This document shows, piece by piece, positions 17,193 to 26,459 of a stretch of 64,000 bases of DNA. The translations under genes were made by a program, and so were the position numbers. Within the stretch, counting starts at the first letter, position 1, and every line of letters begins with the position of its first letter. The notes beneath the pieces were generated by a model. The model did no database searches. It worked only from the letters and a program-made list of their open reading frames with translations, and was not told the origin of the DNA. Source of the stretch: Geobacterales bacterium (GTDB lineage Bacteria; Desulfobacterota; Desulfuromonadia; Geobacterales; Pseudopelobacteraceae); NCBI GenBank assembly GCA_038209415.1, contig JBBQXT010000001.1:7844-71843 (forward strand). The letters run 5' to 3'.

Positions 17193-18526
17193 TTCATCCC
17201 TCCTTTGCTATCAAAATTCATATTGTAGGTCAGGCGGACGAGGCCTCTTGTCTCTTCGGTGAACTGGGGATTCCTGCCGTAGCTGATATCACCAGAAGCT
17301 GCCAGGTCAGGAGTGATATGGTAACCCAGGGAGAGGGTCCCTTCCCAGGCGGCCTGCTCATTATAAACCTTTTCTTTAAAGATGTAGCCGATCGCATCCA
17401 GCGCGGCAAAATAGGTCTTGGTATCATGCATGACATAGCCGCGCAGCTGATGGAAAGAGGCGCTTGGGGTACCAACAATGGCAAATTGCTGGTCGGCACG
17501 CAGATAGTGGTAGCCAAGGCCGCTTCGAACAGAGTTTTCCATGAAGGAAAGCTTCAGGTCAGCGCCATAGCGGTCGGCATTGCCCATGTCACGGGTGTAG
17601 CGTTTGTAGTCAGCTGCAATTTCGACTCCCTTGCCGATTCCGTAAGAAGCACTGCCGCCCAGGGAGCGTGATCGTTCGGCAGGATTCAGAGCCGTTTCGG
17701 AGAACCTGAGCCCTGTGTACAGGTAATTCAGTTGCCGTTGTTCATTGTATTCACCGGTCAATACCAGGTGCTGCAGCGGCTTAATATTCATCAGGTAGCT
17801 GTGCTCCGCCACTCCCTTGGTTTCCGTGTTGTAGCTGGTGTGCCCCATGAGTTCGACAGCCTTGTGCGGGCTGAACCAGATATCACCACCCACCAGCCGG
17901 TGATTGTGTTTGGTTGGCGGATTCAGGGGGTTTAGGAGATCAATCATAGCGGGGGCATCGGTTTCATACTGCCCGGAAGCACCGAGCTCCAGTACCCCTT
18001 TGTAGCGGTAGTTCAAGCGACCGCCGAAGTTGCCATCGCCTTTGCCGTCACTGTTTTGTCCCTTCAGATTTATGGTGTGCACATTTGCGCCGCCGAAGGC
18101 GGAAAAACCAAAACCGAGCGGCAGGTCGGTACGGAGACCGGCACCGTCGATCTGTTCGTTTACAATACCCTCGTGCACGAAGAATCGTCCGGCCCGCATA
18201 TCAGCGTTGGCGACCTTGAAACGGTACTGCAGGTATCCGTAGGTCAGGCTGCCGGCCAGTTGATCGTCGTTATAGCTCTTGTCCTCGATATCAGCGCGCC
18301 CCCAGCCGTAAACGTGCAGGGAGAGGTTTCCGTCAGCCAGCTTGTTTGCATCCAGCCCCAAAAACTGTGTGGCCGGGGCAATATTCTGCTTGTTAAAACC
18401 AGGATCGGCGCGCTGTTCAATGCGCACGATACTGGTGGCATCAACAGATATTTCCGCAGATAACGCAGCCCCCGGAAGGGCCAGAAGGAAGCAGGCGGGG
18501 ATCAGGCGGGTGCATGATAATTTCAT
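17189..18526 (-). CDS. Outer-membrane beta-barrel (porin-like) protein
   Basis: The internal ATG at 18526 gives the signal peptide MKLSCTRLIPACFLLALPGAALSA. The mature part shows alternating hydrophobic/polar strand-like segments rich in Y/G/N/D, with a terminal strand LVRLTYNMNF near the C-terminus. No haem or cofactor motifs. Confidence 0.65.
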   Translation of the reverse strand: MKLSCTRLIPACFLLALPGAALSAEISVDATSIVRIEQRADPGFNKQNIAPATQFLGLDANKLADGNLSLHVYGWGRADIEDKSYNDDQLAGSLTYGYLQYRFKVANADMRAGRFFVHEGIVNEQIDGAGLRTDLPLGFGFSAFGGANVHTINLKGQNSDGKGDGNFGGRLNYRYKGVLELGASGQYETDAPAMIDLLNPLNPPTKHNHRLVGGDIWFSPHKAVELMGHTSYNTETKGVAEHSYLMNIKPLQHLVLTGEYNEQRQLNYLYTGLRFSETALNPAERSRSLGGSASYGIGKGVEIAADYKRYTRDMGNADRYGADLKLSFMENSVRSGLGYHYLRADQQFAIVGTPSASFHQLRGYVMHDTKTYFAALDAIGYIFKEKVYNEQAAWEGTLSLGYHITPDLAASGDISYGRNPQFTEETRGLVRLTYNMNFDSKGGMK

Positions 18527-18787
18527 GAAGGCGCTCCTGTTGTTGTAGTGAGAAAACGCTGCAAATATATGTTGTAATGATATAAACAAAACCCCTGAAT
18601 AATGCAATAGGAATTGTTTACATTATTCACCGCGTTACACGCGCCAGCGGGATAGGCAGCACTCTTCCGCAGCACTTGGCGAGGCAGACACAGCAGGTCG
18701 TCATGGAAATTGCTTCCATGCCATAGATGGGCTACACTTTAGCAATTAAGTCTGGAAATCCCCTTATATATTCAAATCAGGTCAAGC

Positions 18788-20554
18788 TTGCAGACTCACT
18801 TCCGTGAAGGGATATACACCATCAAAGACCTAACACTCCTGAATAGTTACCTGTATACGCTTCGTTGGCGTTACGCAGCAGGCGGCTGTTTTCTGCTTGC
18901 AACCAACGGTTTTGCACTGTTGATACCCTGGTTTATGAAACTTGCTGTGGAAGGGCTACAACATCCCGCTTCGGCCCGTTTTTCTCCGGCAACCTGCGCC
19001 CTGGTCATCGCCTTACTGGCCTTGCTGCACTGCGTGACCAGGATTTTTTCCCGCACCCTGATTCTTAACGCCGCCCGCATCATCGAGTTCCGCATCCGGA
19101 CCGACCTTTTTCGCCGTCTGATGCTGCTCGACCAGCATTACTTCTCAACCAGCCGCACCGGCGACATCCTTTCCCGTTTTTCAAACGACCTGACCAATGT
19201 CCGTATGCTGACCGGCTTTGGTGCCATGAGCGCCATGAATACGCTGATCATCTATACGGCTGCGGTATCCCTGATGCTGCGCATTCACCCCTGGCTGACG
19301 ATATGGGCGATTCTGCCCTTTCCGCTGATGGTGCTGGTTGTCAAGAAGGTCAGCCATAGACTGTTTCAGCGGTCACTGGAGGCGCAGGAAGAGCTGGCCC
19401 GGCTGTCAAGCCTGTCCGAGGAAACGATCTCGGCGGTACGACTGATCAAGTCTTATTGCCGTGAGGAACATTTCCAGGGGCAATTCGGGCAGACCGCTGG
19501 CCGCTATCTGCATCACAACCTGCGTCTGGCCAGACTGCGCGGACTGATCATCCCGGTTATGGCTGCTGCGACAGGGGCCGGAACGCTGGTGGTACTGTTC
19601 ATGGGTGGGCGGCTTGTGATTGACGGCAGCATCACCCTGGGCGATTTCGTGGCCTTCAGCGGTTATCTGGCCATGTTGGTCTGGCCCACGGCGGTGATGG
19701 GCTGGATTCTGACTCTGGCGCAGCGCGGAGCGGCCTCCATGTCTCGCCTGGCTACGATTCTTGCGGCCGAACCGGGTGTGGCCGATGAAAAAGGGGCAGA
19801 GCCGCTTGATGAAATCCGCGAAGGGATCGAATTTCGTAGGCTTTCTTTCAGTTATGGATCCACACGGATATTGGACGGGATCTCGTTTCGAATAAAGGTC
19901 GGAGAAAAAGTAGGCATCACCGGCACTGTGGGCAGCGGAAAAACCACCCTGATCAAATTAATGCCGCGTTTGTTGCCGGTTGCACAGGATATGCTCTTCA
20001 TCGACGGACGGGACATCAACGGCATCACCCTGGCCAGCCTGCGGCGACTGGTCGGCTACATCCCCCAGGAGGCGTTTCTTTTTTCCCGCAGCATCCGCGA
20101 GAATATTGCCTATGGCCTGGCGGATCATGACGAGAATACTATTAGCGAGGCCGCTCGCCAGGCAGGTTTTAGCGACGATGTCGAGAAGTTCCGTGAAGGG
20201 CTGGATACAATGGTGGGAGAAAAAGGAGTCACACTGTCCGGCGGCCAGAAGCAACGCCTGGCCATTGCACGTGCCCTGGCCACCGATCCGCCGCTGCTGC
20301 TGCTTGACGACCCGCTCTCCGCAGTGGATGCCGGCCGTGAGGAGGAGATTTTGGCTGAACTGGGACACTTTTACGCTAACCGGACCGTGCTGATCGTTTC
20401 CCAACGTGTTTCCGCATTCCGCGATTGCGACCGGGTCATCGTGCTGGAAAACGGGAGAATTGCGGAGGAGGGGCCACCCGCTGAGCTGCTGGAGCGCGGG
20501 GGACTGTATGCCGAGATGAGCCTCCGCCAGCGCTTGCAGGAAGAGCTGGGCTAG
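18788..20554 (+). CDS. ABC exporter, fused permease/ATPase (MsbA/MdlB-like)
   Basis: N-terminal six-helix transmembrane domain, Walker A GTVGSGKTT, signature LSGGQKQRLAIARAL, Walker B LLLLDD. Confidence 0.85.
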   Translation: MQTHFREGIYTIKDLTLLNSYLYTLRWRYAAGGCFLLATNGFALLIPWFMKLAVEGLQHPASARFSPATCALVIALLALLHCVTRIFSRTLILNAARIIEFRIRTDLFRRLMLLDQHYFSTSRTGDILSRFSNDLTNVRMLTGFGAMSAMNTLIIYTAAVSLMLRIHPWLTIWAILPFPLMVLVVKKVSHRLFQRSLEAQEELARLSSLSEETISAVRLIKSYCREEHFQGQFGQTAGRYLHHNLRLARLRGLIIPVMAAATGAGTLVVLFMGGRLVIDGSITLGDFVAFSGYLAMLVWPTAVMGWILTLAQRGAASMSRLATILAAEPGVADEKGAEPLDEIREGIEFRRLSFSYGSTRILDGISFRIKVGEKVGITGTVGSGKTTLIKLMPRLLPVAQDMLFIDGRDINGITLASLRRLVGYIPQEAFLFSRSIRENIAYGLADHDENTISEAARQAGFSDDVEKFREGLDTMVGEKGVTLSGGQKQRLAIARALATDPPLLLLDDPLSAVDAGREEEILAELGHFYANRTVLIVSQRVSAFRDCDRVIVLENGRIAEEGPPAELLERGGLYAEMSLRQRLQEELG

Positions 20555-20562
20555 CGCATCCA

Positions 20563-20597
20563 TAGACCTCCGAGGATTCCAAAATCTCGGAGGTCTG
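20563..20597. terminator. Hairpin terminator between convergent genes (copy 1 of a two-copy hairpin family)
   Basis: AGACCTCCGAG (20563-20573) / CTCGGAGGTCT (20585-20595), with an 11-nt loop. Confidence 0.5.
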
Positions 20598-20625
20598 TTG
20601 AAATTTGAGTGCAACCGTGACTTTT

Positions 20626-21900
20626 TTAAAACGGATACCCCAAACCTACAAACACCGCCGGGCCGTCTTTGCCGAAGCCGACATCGACTCTCCCGATAAT
20701 ATTTGGCCGGACCACAGCCCGGACACCAATACCGGGATTGAACTCGAACTGCCTGGTGCTTGACCGGTCGAGCCGCTCCATGACAGCCCCCAGGTCTATG
20801 AAAGGCGCCAGTTCCCAGTCGGCCTTGACGTTGAAAATCTCCCAGCGGAAAAGCCGGATGCGCTCTTCGAGGTTCAGCAGAAAATAGCTGTTATCGATAA
20901 AGCGGTTGCGACCGTATCCTCGCAAGGTGTTTTCGCCTCCCAGGCTACTCTGCTCCAGAAAAGGGACTTTTTCACCGAGGGTCTGGTTGTAGACCAGGCG
21001 AAAGACGCTGATGTAGCGGGCGTTGTCAAGGGGAATGAAACCCTTGAGTTCGCCTTCGTAGTGCCGGTAATCGGCGGAGCTGCCCAAATCCTTCGAGCTG
21101 TTTTCAATTGAGACCTTGGCAAACCCGCCGAAGGTCGGCGCAGTCAGGGAATCCAGCGTACTGTAGACCAGTGAGATGCGCTGGGCATGAGCGTCAAAAC
21201 CGTTGATTCCCGGAACATTTCTTCCCCTGAAGCGCTTGCGAATGAATGGAATGCTTGTAACAGCTCCCGGTTCGATTTCAACGTCGCGGTAACGCTCACC
21301 CAGAATAAATTGAATGTGCCGGCCGATATCATAGCCGGCTGAAAGATTGAAGCCGATTTCCTTATCGGTGTAATTGGTCTCACGCTGGCGGGGTGTTTTG
21401 GCATCGAATCCGAAAAAACGCGCTGAGCCGTCACTGAAAGCAAAGGCGAACAGGTTGATTTCCAGTTTCTTGTCGAGGAAGTTCTTGTCGCGCAGCTTGA
21501 GCTCGTAATCCTCGTTGATGATGGTCGATTTGGAAAGATTTATTTCCCAGGAGCGGTCCGGCGAGGGGTAGAAGGCTCCGTAGAACGTTGAAGTGATGCC
21601 GAAGTTTTTGTTGTAGTTGACCTGCGGCGCCAGCAGTGTGCTGATATTGTCATTACTGTCATGTAGCAGAAAGGCCGACAGGGCACCGACTGTTATACCC
21701 TCGTTGGGACTGGAAGCAATTACCGGCAGGGGGATGGTGACAACCTTGACCTGCCTGTCGAAGGTATCATTGGTCAACGGGTACGGCAGACGGTCATGCG
21801 CTATATAGCTTGTGCAGCCCGTCAGTAAAAGGAGCAGCAGCGGAGCCAGATAACGGGGATATGCGGCGAGATACGAAATCATAGCAGAAGTATGTAGCAT
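20626..21900 (-). CDS. Omp85/BamA-TamA family outer-membrane protein (surface antigen D15 barrel domain)
   Basis: The C-terminal barrel signature ends ...GVRAVVRPNIIGRVDVGFGKDGPAVFVGLGYPF. The N-terminal hydrophobic leader carries LLTGC. Start assigned to the ATG at 21900; 21882 or 21942 are also possible. Confidence 0.7.
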   Translation of the reverse strand: MLHTSAMISYLAAYPRYLAPLLLLLLTGCTSYIAHDRLPYPLTNDTFDRQVKVVTIPLPVIASSPNEGITVGALSAFLLHDSNDNISTLLAPQVNYNKNFGITSTFYGAFYPSPDRSWEINLSKSTIINEDYELKLRDKNFLDKKLEINLFAFAFSDGSARFFGFDAKTPRQRETNYTDKEIGFNLSAGYDIGRHIQFILGERYRDVEIEPGAVTSIPFIRKRFRGRNVPGINGFDAHAQRISLVYSTLDSLTAPTFGGFAKVSIENSSKDLGSSADYRHYEGELKGFIPLDNARYISVFRLVYNQTLGEKVPFLEQSSLGGENTLRGYGRNRFIDNSYFLLNLEERIRLFRWEIFNVKADWELAPFIDLGAVMERLDRSSTRQFEFNPGIGVRAVVRPNIIGRVDVGFGKDGPAVFVGLGYPF

Positions 21901-21951
21901 TGTGCCGCCAGGGGTGTCAACTGCCCTGTATCCACAGCGCATCCTTAGCGC

Positions 21952-21980
21952 TTGTCTCTGCCTTCACCCTGCGCTATAAT
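21952..21980 (+). promoter_or_regulatory. Sigma-70-like promoter for the histidine kinase / NtrC-type regulator operon
   Basis: TTGTCT (21952-21957), a 17-nt spacer, then TATAAT (21975-21980), about 29 nt upstream of the ATG at 22009. Confidence 0.45.
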
Positions 21981-22008
21981 CCAGCCACTTTTTCGAACAA
22001 AGGCCGCC

Positions 22009-23439
22009 ATGAAGCTCAATTCCAAGCTCATCATAATAATGCTCTCCCTGCTGGGTCTGACCATGCTGACCCTCTTCTCCCTCAATCAGTATGCCCAGAA
22101 TGATCTGGTGCGCGAGATACAGGAAAGTTCGCAGGAAATCTCGAAGGCTGTCCAGATGAGTATCGAAGACCTTACCTCCGAGGCCGAAACCTCCCGCCTG
22201 ACCGAATACCTCAGCAAGGCCCGTGAAAAGGGTATCAACGAGATAAATATCATCAACAGTGAAGGGGAGATCATCGACTCCTCGGATCCGGAAAAAATCG
22301 GCAAAAAACGCGAGCTGAAAAAACTGGAGAAGGGTGTCCACGCCGCACCGGCCTCCAGCCGGGGTGCCTCGATCCTTTCCCAGAAACCATACGAAGTGCT
22401 TGTTCCGGTTATCGTCGGTGATGAACTTTTGGGCTACGTCCAGATCAACATGCTGCTGGACAATATCCGCGACCTCCAGCACGCCAATTTTATCCGCCGC
22501 CTGTTTGCAACCAGTATGGTCTTTGCGGTCGGTATAGCCCTGATCATTTTTTTGGCCAGACGATATACCGATCCGATCCATCGCCTGGTCGGAGATTTCA
22601 AGCGAGTCTCGGCCGGTGATCTATCGGTTACCATACCGGTTGAAAGCCATGACGAGATCGGTGAACTGGCCGAAGGTTTCAACAACATGGTCGAGAAGCT
22701 GCGCGAGCGGGAGGCGCTGGAAAAGAGACTCTACGAAGCCGAGCACCTTTCCCGTGTCGGGCAACTGGCCTCGGGCATCGCCCATGAGATCCGTAACCCG
22801 CTCAATTACATCAGCCTGGCCATTGACCATCTCAAGTCGGAACTGCTCCCAAGCTGCGGCGACAAATTTTCAGAACTGACTGAATTGACTGATAAAATCA
22901 AGGAAGAGGTCCGTCGCGCCAACTACATGGTGCTCAATTTCATGAACTATGGCCGACCGCTCAAGCTGCGCCGGGCACTGGTTGCCTATGCTGAAATCCT
23001 GTCCAAGGTACTACCGCTCTTAGACGACCGACTGTCAGAACAGGGGGTTCGCGTAGAGCAGGAGATTGATGCCGGCCTGCCGCTTCTGTGGGTAGACCAG
23101 GAACTGCTGCGCAACTGTATCCTCAATTTCATCAATAACGCTGCCCAGGCCATGAACGATGGCGGAATCATACGTCTGGGGGCCGCTCTGGATAAAAGCG
23201 CCAACCGGGTACGGCTGACCTTTGCCGACCAAGGCAGCGGCATCCAGCAAGAGGACATCTCCAAGATCTTCCAGCCGTACTTTACGACCAAAGATGTCGG
23301 CATCGGTCTGGGTCTGGCCATTACCGAGCGGATCATCAAGGAGCACGGCGGCGAGATCCTTGTGGAGAGCAGACCGGGTGAAGGCACGAAATTCACGGTA
23401 GTGCTGCCGCTTCAGCAGGAACAACAGGAGGCGACCTAA
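22009..23439 (+). CDS. Membrane sensor histidine kinase with HAMP domain
   Basis: N-terminal TM helix, a periplasmic segment of about 150 aa, a second TM helix, a HAMP domain, H-box [14 protein letters not shown], and ATPase G-box GIGLGLAI. Confidence 0.85.
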   Translation: MKLNSKLIIIMLSLLGLTMLTLFSLNQYAQNDLVREIQESSQEISKAVQMSIEDLTSEAETSRLTEYLSKAREKGINEINIINSEGEIIDSSDPEKIGKKRELKKLEKGVHAAPASSRGASILSQKPYEVLVPVIVGDELLGYVQINMLLDNIRDLQHANFIRRLFATSMVFAVGIALIIFLARRYTDPIHRLVGDFKRVSAGDLSVTIPVESHDEIGELAEGFNNMVEKLREREALEKRLYEAEHLSRVGQLASGIAHEIRNPLNYISLAIDHLKSELLPSCGDKFSELTELTDKIKEEVRRANYMVLNFMNYGRPLKLRRALVAYAEILSKVLPLLDDRLSEQGVRVEQEIDAGLPLLWVDQELLRNCILNFINNAAQAMNDGGIIRLGAALDKSANRVRLTFADQGSGIQQEDISKIFQPYFTTKDVGIGLGLAITERIIKEHGGEILVESRPGEGTKFTVVLPLQQEQQEAT

Positions 23440-24833
23440 TGGCTGACATGAAGGGCAGAATACTTATTGTCGATGATGAAAAACTTCAGCGAGAGATCAT
23501 CATCCTGACCCTCAAGAAAGTAGGGCATGAACTGGCTGAAGCAGCCAGTGTCCGCGAGGCGCTGTCGTTGCTGGAAAAGCGTGAGTTCGATCTTATCCTG
23601 ACGGACCTCATGATGCAGGGCCAGACCGGGATGGACCTGCTGGAACTGGTTCAGCAGGTTGATGCAGAACAGTGTATCATCATGATGACGGCCCACGGCT
23701 CGATCAAGACCGCTGTCGAGGCCATCCAGAAGGGTGCCTTCAATTATCTCGAAAAACCGATCGAAGGCGATCAGCTGGTTCTGGCGGTCAGCAAGGCGTT
23801 GGAACACATCGGCCTGGTCCGGGAAAACCGTGTCCTGCGTAAACGTCTGGAATCGGTCCAATCCATACCGTACATACACGGAGAACACCCCAAGATGAAA
23901 GAGGTGTTCCGGATCATCTCCAAGATTGCCGCGTCCAGTTCAAGTGTGCTGATCGTAGGTGAATCGGGCACCGGCAAGGAACTTGTGGCACGGGCCATCC
24001 ACGACGGCAGCCATCGCAAGGACAAACCCTTCATGGCCATCAACTGCGCAGCCATCCCCGACACCCTGATCGAGAGCGAGCTGTTCGGCCACGAAAAAGG
24101 CAGCTTTACCGGAGCCAATACCCGCGAGATCGGCATCTTCGAGGCCGCCAATGGCGGCACCGTTTTTCTGGACGAGATCGGCGAAATGAATGTGGCCATG
24201 CAGGCCAAGCTGCTGCGGGCTATCCAGGAGAAGGAGATCAGGCGGGTGGGCGGCAAGGTCAATATTTCGCTGGACCTGCGCATACTGGCTGCCACCAATC
24301 GGGAACTGGAGCAGGAGATCAAGCGCGGAGCATTCCGCGAAGACCTGTTCTACCGCCTGAACGTGATCCGGATCAGCCTGCCCCCGCTACGTGAACGCGG
24401 CAGTGACCTGAAAACCCTGGCAGAGTATTTCGTCAAAAAATACAGCGAGATCTCGGGAATCGAGGTCGAGGGCATCTCGAAACCAGCTCTGCGGCTGATC
24501 ATGAATTATGCCTGGCCGGGCAATGTGCGCCAGCTTGAGTCGGTTATAGAGCGTTCGGTGCTGATGGCGGAAAGCAATATCATCCAGCCTGAAGACCTGC
24601 CGGCCGAAATCAGCTCCACGATAGGCCTGACCGGCGGCATCAACGTCGACCTGCCGCCGGACGGCATCGACTTTGAAGAACTGGAAAAGGGGATGATCAT
24701 CAAGGCCATGGAGCGGGCCGACTGGATTATCGGCAAGGCGGCGCCGCTCTTGGGGATGAGTTACAAGACCCTGCAATACCGTCTGGAGAAATTCGAGATC
24801 GACCGGCCTGAAAAACGCTCCAAGGCTACATGA
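23439..24833 (+). CDS. Sigma-54-dependent response regulator (NtrC family enhancer-binding protein)
   Basis: REC domain (ILIVDDE...TDLMM), AAA+ domain with GESGTGKE and ESELFGHEKGSFTGA, and a C-terminal Fis-type HTH. The start overlaps the kinase stop (TAATG). Confidence 0.9.
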   Translation: MADMKGRILIVDDEKLQREIIILTLKKVGHELAEAASVREALSLLEKREFDLILTDLMMQGQTGMDLLELVQQVDAEQCIIMMTAHGSIKTAVEAIQKGAFNYLEKPIEGDQLVLAVSKALEHIGLVRENRVLRKRLESVQSIPYIHGEHPKMKEVFRIISKIAASSSSVLIVGESGTGKELVARAIHDGSHRKDKPFMAINCAAIPDTLIESELFGHEKGSFTGANTREIGIFEAANGGTVFLDEIGEMNVAMQAKLLRAIQEKEIRRVGGKVNISLDLRILAATNRELEQEIKRGAFREDLFYRLNVIRISLPPLRERGSDLKTLAEYFVKKYSEISGIEVEGISKPALRLIMNYAWPGNVRQLESVIERSVLMAESNIIQPEDLPAEISSTIGLTGGINVDLPPDGIDFEELEKGMIIKAMERADWIIGKAAPLLGMSYKTLQYRLEKFEIDRPEKRSKAT

Positions 24834-25110
24834 CGGTCAGGCTGTAACCCTGCCCCTTCAGGTAGCTCACAATTTCCTGGATGTGCTCATAGCCGCGTGT
24901 TTCCAGTTTCAGGGAGACATCTTCCTCCTCCACCTGCACGATCTCGTCAACACAGCCGCAGATGATCGGAACCGTCAGTGTCCCAGGCAGCTTGACGGCA
25001 GTACCATCGGTCAATGTTACGCTGGCTGGACGTTCTGTCGGCCTCCCTGCCGCACAGGATGCCGAGAATGCAACCCCGTGGGCATTCATAAGCTTCATTG
25101 ATGAGTTCAT
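24826..25110 (-). CDS. Hypothetical 94-aa protein with an ACT-like C-terminal segment (possibly a gene fragment)
   Basis: The C-terminus VSLKLETRGYEHIQEIVSYLKGQGYSL resembles the end of the regulatory domain of short threonine ammonia-lyases. The N-terminal half has no recognisable motif. The 3' end overlaps the NtrC-type gene by 8 nt. Confidence 0.3.
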   Translation of the reverse strand: MNSSMKLMNAHGVAFSASCAAGRPTERPASVTLTDGTAVKLPGTLTVPIICGCVDEIVQVEEEDVSLKLETRGYEHIQEIVSYLKGQGYSLTVM

Positions 25111-25148
25111 TGGGATGCATTGGCAAGGACTCTCTCTGTTTAGGGTGA

Positions 25149-26213
<1,065 letters not shown>

Positions 26214-26227
26214 ATAGGGGCTACACC

Positions 26228-26392
26228 ATGGCGGAAGCGCCGGATGATCTGGAAATACTTATCTCGGAGGTCCGCAAAACCATCTCCGACAACAGGCAGT
26301 TTCTGAAAAAACTTGTGGATGAGGCGGATGGGGATATTTCAGAGGACGAGGACGAAGAGGTCAGCGCAGAAGAGGATTTTGAAGAACTCTAG
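26228..26392 (+). CDS. Small acidic hypothetical protein (54 aa)
   Basis: Manually translated as MAEAPDDLEILISEVRKTISDNRQFLKKLVDEADGDISEDEDEEVSAEEDFEEL. It lies 15 nt after trxB and is followed by a strong terminator. It is below the ORF-track length cut-off. Confidence 0.4.
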   Translation: MAEAPDDLEILISEVRKTISDNRQFLKKLVDEADGDISEDEDEEVSAEEDFEEL

Positions 26393-26412
26393 CTGTTTTT
26401 TTCACATGCGAC

Positions 26413-26451
26413 AAAAAAGTCCCCGGAGTTTTTCCGGGGACTTTTTTTTTC
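26413..26451. terminator. Bidirectional rho-independent terminator
   Basis: GTCCCCGGA (26419-26427) / TCCGGGGAC (26433-26441), with an A-run before it and a 9-nt T-run after it. It sits between convergent genes. Confidence 0.65.
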
Positions 26452-26459
26452 GTTTCCAA

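Noticed and set aside
18633-18647. TGGCGC-N5-ACGC (minus strand) upstream of the barrel gene as a sigma-54 promoter
   Set aside because: The GG/GC spacing is correct, but both boxes deviate from consensus: TGGCGC against TGGCAC, and ACGC against TTGC. It is too weak to annotate and is kept only as a hypothesis in the regulator finding.
26261-26272. 12-nt identity (ATCTCGGAGGTC) between the small acidic ORF and the right arm of the hairpin at 20583-20594
   Set aside because: There is no complementary left arm nearby, and the match lies inside a plausible coding frame (ISEVR). I treated it as coincidental.
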